DNA from: Eledone cirrhosa | Lineage: Eukaryota | DNA: 64,000 nt | Direction of reading: 5' to 3' | NCBI GenBank assembly: GCA_964016885.1 | Contig: OZ024740.1 | Coordinates: 291,586,001-291,650,000, forward strand | Part shown: positions 36,710 to 50,089 of the stretch, one piece after another | Position numbering within the stretch: the first letter of the stretch is position 1 | How the letters are laid out: every line of letters begins with the position of its first letter | Position numbers and translations under genes: made by a program | Notes under the pieces: generated by a model | What the model was told of the DNA's origin: nothing | Databases searched by the model: none | Seen by the model: only the letters and a program-made list of their open reading frames with translations

Positions 36710-37548
36710 AGTACAATAACTAGGGTAAGAACGGGATGGAAGAAGTTTAGGGAACTACTACCACTGCTAGCTGCAAAAGGCTTCTCCCTCAGAATGAAAG
36801 GCAGACTGTATGATGCGTGTATCCGAACAGCGATGTTGCATGGTAGTGAGACCTGGGCGCTGAAGGTGGAAGACTTACGTAGATTAGAGAGAAACGAAGC
36901 CTGCATGCTCCGATGGATGTGTAACAGTAATATACGTGAACGACAAAGCATAAATGAATTGAGAGAGAGACTGAGCATAAGAGGAATCAAATGCTGCGTG
37001 CAGGAGAGGCGGTTACGCTGGTATGGACATGTGATGCGTATGAAGGATGACAGCTGCATAAAAAGGTGCAGAGCACTAGAAGTTGATGGAAACCGCGGAG
37101 TGGGGAGACCCAAGATGACTTGGGATGAGGTGATAAAAGCCGACCTTACCCAACTACACCTCTCAAAGTCAATGACACACGACCGTGACTTCTGGCGTCA
37201 CACAGTAATACAGGGTACCCGACCTCCCATGGGTACATGCTGAAGCATATAAACAATATGCCCCCCCCCCCACCGCAAGGTGGTCGTGGAGGTGCCACGG
37301 CAAAAAAGCACCCAGCCCACACTGTAAAGTGGACGTGTAGGCGCCACAAAAAAGCACCCAGCACTCACTGTAAATGAGGTTGGTGTTAGGAAGGGCATCC
37401 AGCTGTAGAAATCAAGCCAGATCAGTTCCTGTATGAGCAAGGCATGGTCAGCCGACCAGACACTGCCCACAACAGGACAACCCGTCTAACCCATGCTAGC
37501 GTGGAAGAACGGACGTAAAACGGTGATGATGATGATGATGATGATGAT
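36710..37548 (+). mobile_element. 5'-truncated RTE LINE subfamily A (ORF2 C-terminus to stop at 37243, 3' UTR, (GAT)n)
   Basis: RVRTGWKKFRELLPLL..KGRLYDACIRTAMLHGSETW..ERNEACMLRWMC..RRLRWYGHVMRM..GRPKMTW, no stops. Confidence 0.95.
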
Positions 37549-37804
37549 CTAAATGACTTTGAAAATGTTTTTAATATAAATTGTACCAATAAGTAGGACA
37601 TCAAGCATAATGTTAGCACAGTGGTAATGATCCTAACCCTTTCATTATTATATTTCTAATGAAATTTTGGAGAGAGTTTGTAATATAACTTTCTTGTGAT
37701 GGAAGATATTTAAATAAATATAGATACTTTAACTAAACAGTCCAATATCATAAAACAAGGGGCAGTTTCAGGGGGCTGGTATCAAAATGGCTAAACTAGT
37801 ATTC

Positions 37805-38045
37805 TCATCATCATCCTGTGGCCTCAGCCAAAATAGACTCAATGATAGATCTTCATGTTGATCTGTCACTCATGGCAGTAGCTAGGTCTTGCATGTGAAC
37901 ACCAGCATCCTTGGCTATGACATCTTGATATGAGAGCTTGCTGTGAACTTGAGAGATCTTGATTTGAGACCTTGCTATGAGCTTGCAGTGAGCCCTTTGT
38001 CTTGAGACAGGTGTAAGTTTCCAAAGCACCAAAGAGGACATATGT
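37805..38045 (-). pseudogene. Old RTE-X-like LINE 3' remnant
   Basis: SSLVLWKL..LSYQDVIAKDAGVHMQDLATAMSDRST*R followed by a (GAT)n-like tail. Confidence 0.55.
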
Positions 38046-39250
38046 GAATGATGAGGACAATTTGATTATAATCAAACACATGAATTCTTGTTTGTATTCC
38101 TATACGAAAAAGAGATGTTTGCTTTTTTTTCTTGATAACAATACACTGGTTGTTTCATTGTAAAGTGTTATTAGCCCTTTCAATAACAATCTACCCCAAA
38201 CCACCTCTACATCCCAGAAATAAAATCACCCATTTTAAACAGTTCTGAGTTAAATTAAAATATTCCAACATAATTTTGTATATGAATCGTTTGTTATAAT
38301 ACAAAGACCATCTTATTAATTGAAATAATTTCAGTAAATCCCTCCAAAGTAATTAATTCAAATACAGTGTATTTTATTAGAAATAAGATAATAAAAGGGT
38401 TAAAGTTTGTAGTTTATAACACATTGGAAGTATAATAGAATTTTTGTATATATCTATTTATATGGTTGTAGATAACTCTCTATATATATATGTTTGTGTG
38501 CTTAAGTTGTTTGACAGCTTGTATAGCAGACCTTTTTTTTCTTCTGGGTTGTTGAAACATCTTGACTTGGGATTCTCACCTGCACAGGAGAAGTAGAAAA
38601 AAACAAAACAATTGAAATATTTTTGTAGCAAAAGTTACATGTAAAAACTGACCTTGTTTGTGACTGGACAATTAATTTGGCAGATTCCAGATGTATGTTA
38701 ATAACACCTTTATAAATCTATGCTGTATTTCTTTTTACATGTAGCAAATATTTTTGCTATTTCAGTTTTATTATGTTTTATGTCTGCCAATTTCAACAGT
38801 GTATTTACTGCAATGCCTAAGATTCTATTAAGCAGTTACTTCTTAACAGGAGTAATGTGTCATCTCTTAGATGATGCATGATGATTAAATAAAATCGTCT
38901 GCAGATAAAAATCAAAATTGTGAGATTTTGGTGAGAAAACTTTAAGAACATGTTTCACACTGCACATTACTCATTCATTAGCTTATAAGTTAGTATTTGT
39001 GGTTCTTTGTTGCCAATTTGTTTGAGCTTTTTTTAAGTTAAATAAACTCAAGAGGTATATTGTATGATACCAAACATTCAGGAATACAAATTCATTGAGA
39101 ATATTGTTGACATGAAGATTCTTTGAAGTTTTACATTACTGAACTTCACATCATGTCTTATTATAAAATGAGGCTAATCAACCCACCTACACAGGCAAAA
39201 ATAAAATATATTCTCGCTTATTCTCAAGTTCCAGCAGAAAGCAGCAGTCC

Positions 39251-39292
39251 CTGTCCCGATGAGAGCCATCAGCTTGAAATACGTGTAGGCAG
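39251..39292 (+). ncRNA. Minimal type I hammerhead ribozyme motif (mutated)
   Basis: CUGUC-CCGAUGA-GAGC-CAUCA-GCUU-GAAAU-ACGU-GUA-GGCAG. Confidence 0.6.
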
Positions 39293-39519
39293 TTATCCAT
39301 CACTGCTTCTGCTTGAATCTGCTAGATGGCGCTGTCTGTCAGCCTTTCAATATTCATAGCTGGGCTTTCAAAATGTTTATTTATTAAACATAACGTATAT
39401 CTTTAGATATACGAAATTCACACGCATATATGTATAGAACTATGTTGAAGCTAAATTTTATTTCAATAATTTTTTTTTTCTTTAGATTCTCAACTTTTTT
39501 TTTTATTAGTATAAATAAT

Positions 39520-39703
39520 TATTTCTACTTTAGGCACAAGGCCAGCAATTACCCAGTGCATTACTGGTACTTTATTTAATCAACCCCGTAAGGATGAAAG
39601 GCAAAGTCAACTTCGGCGGGATTTGAACTCAGATCATAAAGGGACGTAACTATGCTTGAAAGCATGGCGTCCGACCCTCTACCGATACTGCCAATCCACC
39701 GCC
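39520..39703 (-). mobile_element. SINE family 2, full length
   Basis: Head ggcggtggattggcagtatcgg, B box gagttcaaatcc; 18-bp TSD tttattagtataaataat at 39502-39519 and 39704-39721. Confidence 0.92.
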
Positions 39704-40149
39704 TTTATTAGTATAAATAATATTACAAATTTTATTTTCAAAAGTTAAATAAATATGAGAAAGAAAGATAAAAGTAAAATTAAGTAATGAGAAAATGGGG
39801 AAGGGTTATGGAAGGGCAGATCTGGCCGTAAAATTATATCTGCAGGGTCAATTTGTGGAGAGTCTGTTCAGTCAATATGAATTGTTCATTCCATAGAACC
39901 ATTTTACCAAACAAACATCACAGCTATCCATAAGATGATAGACCATATTCTAAGAAGTTTGAACCTATACAATGAATCTCCTTTTTGCTGTTAATTTATT
40001 GGAATAACATATGAGTGTCATGTATTCCAGCTATGTGATTGAGATGGTATGGGAACAAACAAACTATTTCCATGGGAAATAAGGCAATTATTGATCACAA
40101 GCTATCTATACTAGAGACTTTCTTGGTCTTTTGAACAGGCTTTCAAAGA

Positions 40150-40390
40150 AACAAATAGTCTGTTACTTTTCAACCCTTTAGCATTTACATTACTCTATAT
40201 TTACTATAGTATTTCATGGTAAAGGCTTTATCTCACATAATTATCTCACATGATATCGAATCTATGAGATTTTGATATTATTTATTTTGAGAAAAATATC
40301 TTAATATAAGTGGCCAGCTACAGCTGGTTTGAACAGAAAGGGGTGAGAGAATTCTGGCTGGATATGGCTTGGTTAAATGCTAAAGAGTTT
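40150..40390. mobile_element. TTAA MITE family 1
   Basis: ccctttagcatttac...aaatgctaaagag. Confidence 0.7.
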
Positions 40391-40579
40391 ATACAAGGCA
40401 ATGGAGAATCTTTTTTGTGACCATTCAACCAGCTAAATTTCCCATAAATCACACCCTATCATCTTAAATAAGGATAGGATACATTAAATAAAGTAAACTT
40501 TCATAACACTAAAAAAATGTATCAGACATGGTTGGAATTATTTTGATCATAAACTGTTCACTTAGGGCTAACCTGAGGT

Positions 40580-40759
40580 TAAACAACAACAACTACTACT
40601 ACTACTACTACTACCGCCACCACCGCTACTACCACTACCACCATCACCGCCGCCGCCGCCACCTACTACCACCACCACCACTACTACCACTACCATCACC
40701 GCCGCCGCCGCCACCTACTACCACCACCACCACTACTACCACTACCATCACCGCCGCCG

Positions 40760-40822
<63 letters not shown>
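40580..40822 (+). repeat. Compound (AAC/ACT/ACC/GCC)n microsatellite
   Basis: Directly visible. Confidence 0.9.
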
Positions 40823-41463
40823 TTCCAGCCAATGATCATTCAATCACTAACTGTTTTTTGTCAGTCTTTTATAAGGAAATGGTTGAGAGGTTCACATTGA
40901 TATAATTAGGTGTCAGGTTCAATCCTACTGTATGGCTTCATGGGTATTTACCATAGCCTTGCATCAACCCATGCCTCTTGAGTGAAATTGGTAGACAGAA
41001 ACTGTGTAGAAGCCCATCTGATGGACTGTATATGTAATTTAAAGAGCCAGTCTTGTCACACATTATATCATACTAAATCTTCTTGAGAATTACATTATGG
41101 GTACAAGTAACTGTGGAATACTCAGCCACTTAGACATTAACTTCATGAGCAGGTTGTACCATTGAGTGAATAAATGGAGCACTCAACATTGAAACTAACT
41201 GAGGAAAATGTGATTGATGCTAGGAAGGGCATCCAGCTGTAGAAACCAAGCCAGAAACAGTTTTGTATGAGCAGGACATGGTCACCTGATTTGGCTTGAC
41301 TCATAATGGGACAAATCGCTTGACCTATGCTAGCATGGAAAATGGATGTTAAACAGTGATGATGGTTATGATGATGATGATGATGATGATGTGGTAAACA
41401 AAAGGTAAATATATAAAGATATAAGATGGTATAGTTTACATGAAACATTGTGAATATGTATTA

Positions 41464-41631
41464 CCATATTTCCCAGCGCTGAAGATGCTTTGTCCTCGAG
41501 GATGCACCCTAATTTTGACAACCAAAAATTTGAACAAACATGATAAACAACCTTCAGCCTCCAGGATGGCTGGTAGATTTTTGAGACTTATTTTAGGAAA
41601 AAAGTAGCATCTTTGACGCCAAGAAATACAG
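41464..41631. mobile_element. TA-flanked pogo/Tigger-like MITE
   Basis: ta-ccatatttcccagcgctgaagatgc / gcatctttgacgccaagaaatacag-ta. Confidence 0.65.
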
Positions 41632-41641
41632 TAAAAATAAT

Positions 41642-41830
41642 TGTTTCTACTTTTTGGCAGAAGGCCAGCAATTATCCAGTGCATTACTGGTACTTTATTT
41701 TATCGACCCCGTAAGGATGAAAGGCAAAGTTAACCTCGGTGGGATTTGAACTCAGAATGGCAAGGGCCGTAACTCTATGCGTCAAAGCATGGCGTCCGAC
41801 CCTCTACCGATACTGCCAATCCAGCGCCCG
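41642..41830 (-). mobile_element. SINE family 2, full length
   Basis: 11-bp TSD gtaaaaataat at 41631-41641 and 41831-41841. Confidence 0.9.
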
Positions 41831-41839
41831 GTAAAAATA

Positions 41840-42507
41840 ATGTTTGGAAAGTTGGTTCAATGTAGATAAAAATATAAAGATGGTACTTTTGAAAAGATGG
41901 TCTTTATCTTAAAATAACATTGAGTAAAAACATGATTTTGTTTTGTCATCCTTTTACCCCAGTACCATCTTTATAGTTCTATCTACATTAGACCAGCTTT
42001 CTGAACACTCAGTTATTTATTACATAAAAATATATATTAATAAAAAATATTCTTAACAAATATATGTATATATAAGTATAAAAAGTGTGCCCAAGCACAG
42101 AAATGCTATCAAGATAGCATATAAGATAGGGTGAAGACCCTTAAAAGCTATCTTTATAGCACTTCTGCACTTAAACATTTTCTTTATACTTTGTGAGCAA
42201 CCGAGATTATAAAAGTTATATTTCCTTATAACCTCGCTACTTTAACTATATATATATATTAAACTTAAGCCAAAATACCTATTTGTGAGGATATAAGCTA
42301 GACTGAATAAAATAAGTTGGTTTTACTTCTCCTGATGACAGAATTGTAATTCTTCCAATATTGGTGATTCCAATGTCTTGAAATAATTAATGTTGTTTCT
42401 TGAATTCCAGAAACCATGGATGGGGAACTGTATGAGTAAAACTGACTTATTTTAGTCAGTCTGGTTTATATCCTCCCAAATACAGATTTTGGCTTAAATT
42501 TAATATA
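41840..42507. repeat. Cluster of four consecutive imperfect inverted repeats
   Basis: Approximate arms 41840-41900/41945-42008, 42073-42118/42148-42191, 42207-42235 hairpin, 42254-42326/42433-42507. Confidence 0.8.
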
Positions 42508-42575
42508 TTTTAATACTTCTCTGAGTAGATAATTTATTAATATATCTTATCCTTTTATTGAGATGACTAAGTATT

Positions 42576-42842
<267 letters not shown>

Positions 42843-43051
42843 TATTCTACCCTGCCTTCCATAGGTTATAGATTCCATACACTGGTGCTTTTCCCTGTTT
42901 TATTGATGGCACAAAATCTCTCTCTCTCTCTAGTGTGTTACCCTTTCAACATATTGTATTTTAAAGAGCTCAGGATCCCTGTTCCTTTGAGCACATTATT
43001 GACAGGGAATAACGAGAGTCTATGGCTCCGTTAATTTATCGTGATATATAT

Positions 43052-43396
43052 GGAGGCACATGGCTTAGTGGTTAGATCATTGGCCTTGCAATCGAAAGGT
43101 TGTGAGTTCAATTCTCAGACCGGGTGATGTGTTGTTTCCTTGAGTAAGGCACTTTATTTCACATTGCTCCAGTTTACTCAGCTTTAGAAATGAGATGATA
43201 GGGACCCCAGTCCCTATCATCTCATTTCTAAAGCTGCAAAGTGGTCGTGGAGGTGCCACGGCAAAAAAGCACCCAGCACTCACTGTAAATGAGGTTGGTG
43301 TTAGGAAGGGCATCCAGCTGTAGAAATCAAGCCAGAATCAGTTCCCGTCCCACCCTTGCAAGCAGGGAAAAGTGGATGTAAAATGAAATGATGATA
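43052..43396 (+). mobile_element. SINE family 1, short tail
   Basis: As at 12838-13160. Confidence 0.9.
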
Positions 43397-43424
43397 TATA
43401 TATATATATATTAAAAAAAAAAAA

Positions 43425-44314
43425 AATAGACGGTAGCCACGGAGTAGGCAGACCCAGAAAAACCTGGGACGACTTGATAAATTCCGACCTCACACACTTA
43501 CACCTCTCCAAGACAATGTCACTGGACCAAGATCTTTGGCGCTACACAGTAATACAGAAGACCCGCCTTCCCTAAGTACAAAGCGAAACCTACAGTCAGT
43601 AGGCACCTCTAACAAAAATACACCCCCACCCCATCCACACCACCCCTTTCGATGTAAAGTTATGTCGGTACCACAACATCCAGTCCAAAATAAATGAGGT
43701 CTTGTAGGTGTCACGACAAAAAAAACACACAGTCCATGCTGTAATGTGGCCGTGTAGGTAACACGGTAAAAACCTCCCAGTCCACACAGTAAACGTGGTT
43801 GGTGTTAGGAAGGGCATCCAGCTGTAGAAAACCCACCAGACAGTCCTATACGAGCAAGACTACCAATCTTGCCTCAAGTGGGAAAATTCCCGTCCAAAAC
43901 CATGCAAGCGTGGAAGATGGACGTTAAACGATGATGATGATGATGATGATAATATGACACAACAGTCCACACTGTAAGGTGGCCATGTAGGAGACATGGT
44001 AAAAAGGTTCCCAGTCTGTAAATGTGGTTGGTGTTAGGAAGGGTATCTAGCTGTAAAAAGCCTGCCAGAGACACTTCTGTGCAAGCGAGACATGGTCTCC
44101 CAACCATTGCCGCATCAAATGGAATAAAAACCATCTAATCCATGCTAGCATGGAAGATTGGCACTAAACGATGATGATGATGATGGTGATGATGATACAA
44201 GGTACAGTGTGGCCAACTGGCCAGACTTGTTCCATGCCGTGGACGAACCATCTAACCTATGCAAGCATGGAAAAATGGACGTTAAACAGTGATGATGATG
44301 ATGATGATGATGAT
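43425..44314 (+). mobile_element. RTE subfamily B 3' end followed by two further stacked (GAT)n-tailed 3' ends
   Basis: IDGSHGVGRPRKTWDDLINSDL..; tails end near 43950, 44195 and 44314. Confidence 0.85.
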
Positions 44315-44544
44315 ATATTCTCAGTGCTTAAAAGCTGAAAATTCAACTTCGTACATTGTTTATTAATGAATGTTTATTAATAAAACTGAATAATTGAATT
44401 TATCACACCTGCAGCATTACAAATATATAATAAATACAAATCTGTACATTTACAGAATTAACCAACACTGCCTGAATGAGTTGAGCATATAGACATGTAA
44501 TTATGCCAAATTTATTTCGTCATAGATTGAAAAATTGCTTAATT

Positions 44545-45925
44545 TAATATATACACTAGAAATATAGTAATATATACACTACAAATATAACAATATATAT
44601 ATACTACAAATATAATAATATATATACTACAAATATAGTATTATATACATTACAAATATAGTAATACATACACAACAAATATAGTATTATATACACTACA
44701 AATATAGTATTATATGCACTAGAAATATAGTATTATATACACTAGAAATATAGTATTATATACACTACAAAAATAGTATTATATACACTACAAATATAGT
44801 ATTATATACACTACAAATATAGTATTATATGCACTACAAATATAGCATTATATACACCAGTAATATAGTAATATATACACTACAAATATAGTATTATATA
44901 CACTACAAATATAGCATTATATACACCAGTAATATAGTAATATATACACTACAAATATAGTATTATATACACTACAAATATAGTATTATATACACTACAA
45001 ATATAGTATTATATGCACTAGAAATATAGTATTATATACACTAGAAATATAGTATTATATACACTACAAAAATAGTATTATATACACTACAAATATAGTA
45101 TTATATACACTACAAATATAGTATTATATACACTACAAATATAGCATTATATACACCAGTAATATAGTAATATATACACTACAAATATAGTATTATATAC
45201 ACCAATAATGTAGTAATATATACACTACAAATATAGTATTATATACACTAGAAATATAGTATTATATACACTAGAAATATAGTATTATATACACTACAAA
45301 AATAGTATTATATACACTACAAATATAGTATTATATACACTACAAATATAGTATTATATACACTACAAATATAGCATTATATACACCAGTAATATAGTAA
45401 TATATACACTACAAATATAGTATTATATACACCAATAATGTAGTAATATATACACTACAAATATAGCATTATATACACTAGAAATATAGTATTATATACA
45501 CCAGTAATATAGTAATATATACCCTACAAATATAGTGGATTGGCAGTATCGGTAGAGAGTCGGACACCATGCTTTGAAGCATAGAGTTACGTACCTTTAC
45601 GATCTGAGTTCAAATCCTGCCGAGGTTGACTTTGTCTTTCATCCTTACGGGGGTCGATAAAATAAAGTACCAGTAATGCACTGAGTAATTGCTGGCCTTG
45701 TGCCTAAAGTAGAAACAATTATATACACTACAAATATAGTACTATATATACCAGTAATAAAGTGTTATATACACTAGAAATATAGTTTTATATACACTAC
45801 AAATATAGTACTGTATACACCAGTAATATAGTATTATATACAATAGAAATATAGTATTATATACACTAGAAATATTGTAATATATACACTACAAATATAG
45901 TATTATATACACTAGAAATATTGTA
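44545..45925 (+). repeat. 23-bp AT-rich satellite interrupted by SINE family 2 (about 45535-45720)
   Basis: Unit tatacactacaaatatagtatta; array resumes after the SINE. Confidence 0.95.
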
Positions 45926-46054
45926 TTAAAATTATCCTGGGATTTTAGAAAAAGGAAATAAATATTTTCATGTGTTTATTTCTTTCATCAATGAAGAAAG
46001 AGGGAAAAGAAAATAACTTTGTACAAACACTCAGTAGACAACATTTACATATAG

Positions 46055-46202
46055 GTGTGTATATATATGTGTGTGTGTGTGTATGTGTGTATGTGTGTGT
46101 GTATGTGTGTGTGTATGTGTATACGTGTATGTGTGCATGCATGTGTGTATGCATGTGTGTGTATGTGTGTATGTGTGTGTAGGTGTATATATCTGTGTGT
46201 GC

Positions 46203-46235
<33 letters not shown>

Positions 46236-46930
46236 CACTTGTGTGTGTGTGTGACTATGTGTGTTTGTCTTTGTGTGTGCCTGCGTCTGTGCATGCATGT
46301 GTCTATATGTGTGCATATGTGTGTGTCTATGTGTATATATGTATGTATATGTGTGTCAATGTGTATATATATATATATGTGTGTATGTGTCAATGTGTAT
46401 ATATATATGTGTGTATGTGTGTGTATATACTGTATGTGTGTATATATATAGGTGTATGTCTAACTGCCATTCTTGTCAGTATGTTTCACACCTTATGTTA
46501 ATTTTCTCTCTCCTCCCCCTCTCTCTCTTCTTTACCTCTCTCTCTCCTCTCTCTTCTTCACCTCTCTCTCCTCTTCACCCTCTCTTTCTCTCTATCTCTC
46601 TTCTCCACCCTCTCTCCTCTCTCTTCTTCACCTCTCTCTCTCCACCCTCTCTTTCTCTCTATCTCTCTTCTCCAACCTCTCTCCTCTTCACTCTCTGTTT
46701 TCTACTCTCTCTTCTCCACCCTCTCTCAATTCTACACCCCCCTCTTCTCCCTCTCCCACTTCTCCCCCTCTCTCTTCTCCAATCTCCCCTTCTCTCTGAT
46801 CCCCCCTCCTCTCCACCCCCTCCCATATATCCCCCTCTCCCCCTCTCTCCTCTCCACCCCCCATACACCCCCTCTCCCCCTCTCTCCTCTCCACCCCATC
46901 TCCCCCTCCCATATATCCCCCCTCTCTTTC
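46055..46930 (+). repeat. (TG/TA)n degenerate tract followed by polypyrimidine tract
   Basis: Directly visible; followed by a Helitron-like 5' end on the minus strand near 46983. Confidence 0.85.
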
Positions 46931-47132
46931 AAACATGACATCTGAATCCACCAACAAACACATTAGCTATTATATTATAAAGATACATGTCATTTTTGGA
47001 ATATTTAGTTGACCAAAGAATTAACAATAAAAGTAATGACTAAAATCTAATTGTCTTTTAGATGAATAAATAGATAAACATATAAATACTATTTTTCAAC
47101 TTTATAATCTGGTTTAATCTTCTAGTTGCTGT

Positions 47133-47351
47133 TTAACCCTTTAGCATTTAAACCGGCTGTATCCAGCCAGAATTCTCTCACCACTTTCTGTTCAAACCAG
47201 TTGTAACTGGCTGTTCATACTGATGTTAAGGTATTGTTCTCAAAATAAATAATATCAAAATCTCGTAGATTCGATATTATGTCATAGAATATTGTGTTTA
47301 CCGTAAAAATACAATAGTAAATATAGAGGAATGTAAATGCTAAAGGGTTAA
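47133..47351. mobile_element. TTAA MITE family 1, complete
   Basis: ttaa-CCCTTTAGCATTTA...TAAATGCTAAAGGG-ttaa; perfect 14-bp TIR with TTAA TSD. Confidence 0.88.
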
Positions 47352-48284
47352 CCCTAGATTAACTCTAACCAAATAGACCTATATTAAAGGCATTCAAATT
47401 GTGACTATCACATCTTTTTTACCTAGGAATAGTATATCCCAGATGGCGGTGAATTGGCAGGACATCAGATAGAATGCTTTGTGGTATTAGTTTCAGCTCT
47501 CTACTCTCTGAGTTCAAATCCCACAGAGGTCAACTTTGCTGCTTTGCCTTTCATCCATTTCAGGTCGATAAAAAAGTACCAGTCAAGTAATGGATCGCTT
47601 CTTCCTCTATATCTCTTTCTTATTTCTATTCTCTTAATCTCTATCCTTCTCTGGAAGAAATCTACTATAGTCAGACCTGGAGAAGGGATGGACTTTGCCA
47701 GATTTAGAAATGCCCTAGAAACATTGTATGTATACATTGCTCCTATGACTCCCTCAAGAGTTACGGGACGATGCATGCAGTGTATCCCAGACTACACAAT
47801 CCAATGTATTCTTTTTTAAAGACGATAGGACATCGTTTGAGGGTTTTGGTCGCCATTTCTAGTAGGTCAACTAACCACATTGAAGCTCCTTCCTTAGCAT
47901 ATTCAACTTTTAGTCAGAATTTGAAGTGGACAATAGCAAACCTATATTTTAAAACACGATGTAATTGTCACTTCCCTGTGTGTCATCTTTCATGTGTTCA
48001 TTGTTGTGTCTATCTTTTACTCTCAGAAGTGTGGGGGTAGTCGTTAACCTAGCTTCTCCCCCCCCCCCCCTCTCTCTCTCTCTATATATATATATGAAAA
48101 AATATCGTTTTTTACAAAAACAATATAGAAATTGGAAATAGGTAGGTAGAGAAGTTAAAACAACTCAAGATACAGGATACAGTAATTTCTTATAATAAAC
48201 AGTACTATATATATATATATATGTATATATAAGAAAAGAAGATGAAATCGAGAATGCAACTGGAGTTATATATATATTAATATG

Positions 48285-48614
48285 TATCATCATCATCATC
48301 ATTTCATTTTACGTCCACTTTTCCCTGCTTGCAAGGGTGGGACTGGAACTGATTCTGGCTTGATTTCTACAGCTGGATGCCCTTCCTAACACCAACCTAA
48401 TTTACAGTGAGTGCTGGGTGATTTTTTGCCGTGGCACCTCCACGAATGATAGGGATCCCAGTCCCTATAATCTCATTTCTACAGCTGAGTAAACTGGAGC
48501 AACGTGAAATAAAGTGTCTTGCTCAAGGAAACAACACATCACCCGGTCTGAGAATTGAACTCACAACCTTTCGATTGCAAAGCCAATGCTCTAACCACTA
48601 AGCCATGTGCCTCC
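48285..48614 (-). mobile_element. SINE family 1, short tail
   Basis: As at 21002-21340. Confidence 0.9.
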
Positions 48615-48770
48615 ACTGGTTGGTTGTTTGTTCTATGTGTGTGTGTGTTTTCATTTTGTCCTTAATTGTAAGTTGTGATGTATGTAAAAGGTAAACAGAA
48701 ATAATACAAATGGTACAGTATATGGAAGGAATATATTAGTTTAACACTTGGTGGATTCGTGATGTATATG

Positions 48771-48974
48771 GGGGCGACCACAGTTAAAAAAGGTACTCAG
48801 AACATTAGTAGAATATAGGCATATTTTATTATAGATGATTTTTTGCGAATGAAACAGTTCTAGTCCTGTAGAAGTCATTTTTATAATAAAATAAATATAT
48901 ATATATATATATATACAATAAAAAAATTTTTACTCTGCCATGTATTGAGTACCTTACTTACTGTGGTTATCCCC
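48771..48974. repeat. ~45 bp inverted-repeat-bounded element
   Basis: ggggcgaccacagttaaaaaaggtactca / tgagtaccttacttactgtggttatcccc. Confidence 0.65.
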
Positions 48975-49241
48975 GACTCAACCCGGGACCTACGTATATA
49001 TATATATATATTTATATATTTCGTTTCTGAATTTGTTTAGCAAGATTCTTTATCTGAAATCGTGTGTTGAAACCGATATTGTTATACTTTGGGAGGGTCA
49101 TGTTGCCAATAAGAAACACACGCACCAGTTGCTTTCACTTCAATTTATTATATATTTATAAATTTATAAATTTATAAATTTATAAATTTCTGGTTGGTTG
49201 GTTGGTTGGTTGGTTCCACAACCAGATAGTTGTTTATATAT

Positions 49242-49286
49242 AGTCATAGTTCTTTCGTCACACACTCTGTGACCTCTTCAGTGACT
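49242..49286 (-). ncRNA. Minimal type I hammerhead ribozyme in PLE 3' terminus
   Basis: AGUCA-CUGAAGA-G-GUCACA-GAGUG-UGUGAC-GAAAG-AA-CUA-UGACU; perfect 5-bp stem I and 6-bp stem II. Confidence 0.75.
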
Positions 49287-49485
49287 GGGATTCCTTTCTT
49301 TGTTTCTGTGCCTCTCCTTTGTTCTGTCCTACGCCATTTTGTTTCTGTGTGTGTGTTGTGTGCTCAGTCTGCGCATGCGCCACATCCGGGTGTCTGTGTG
49401 TGTTTATGTTCATTTATTTATTTGTTTATTTACATGTTACTGGTTGGTTGTTTGTTCTATGTGTGTGTGTGTTTTTATTTTGTCC

Positions 49486-50064
49486 TTAATTGTAAGTTGT
49501 GATGTTGCTGTTCCACTCATATTTTCTATTTAATTTTGGTTGTAATTCTTTTATGTTTATTGCCTCTGTAATTTGTCTAAACATTGTGTCTTTTCTGTGT
49601 GTAGATTCTATTTTTATTTCTATGTTCTCTAATTTACCCTTGTGTTCTATCTTAGCATGTTGGTAGAGTACAGATGATTCTTTATTATCTTGAAGGTCTC
49701 GCCAGTGTTCATTTAACCGTTCCCCTACACTACGAGCTGTCTCACCTATGTACACTATATTTTTGTCTCTACATTGTCCTTCAGTACATCTTATGCTATA
49801 CACTACATTTCTAGTTTTACAGTTAATATGGGGGCTTATTTTAGAGGTTATACATTTCTTATCTATACATGAGGGTCTTTGAAAAGGGTATGTCTTGCTA
49901 ATAAGTGTTTTTACGGAGGTACCTGGTCTTTCAACTATCTTAATATTGAGTTTGTGTTTATTTAGGGCCCTTCTAAATTTGTAAGCTAATTCACCTCGAG
50001 GGGTTGTATTGATGAACATTACACTCTGGTATTTATTGCTATCATACCATGAGTTTATTCTATT
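49486..50064 (-). pseudogene. PLE linker plus GIY-YIG endonuclease (Nematis-like), 5'-truncated but stop-free
   Basis: NSWYDSNKYQSVMFINTTP..KIVERPG..PF....C....C..NCKTRNVVYSIRC..YIGETARS..ERLNEH..S.LYQH..H.G..RQITEAI.I......LN.K.EWN. Confidence 0.9.
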
Positions 50065-50089
50065 AAATTAGAAATAAGAAATAAGAGGG

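Noticed and set aside
49190-49215. Telomeric repeat at PLE end
   Set aside because: The repeat is (GGTT)n, not TTAGGG.
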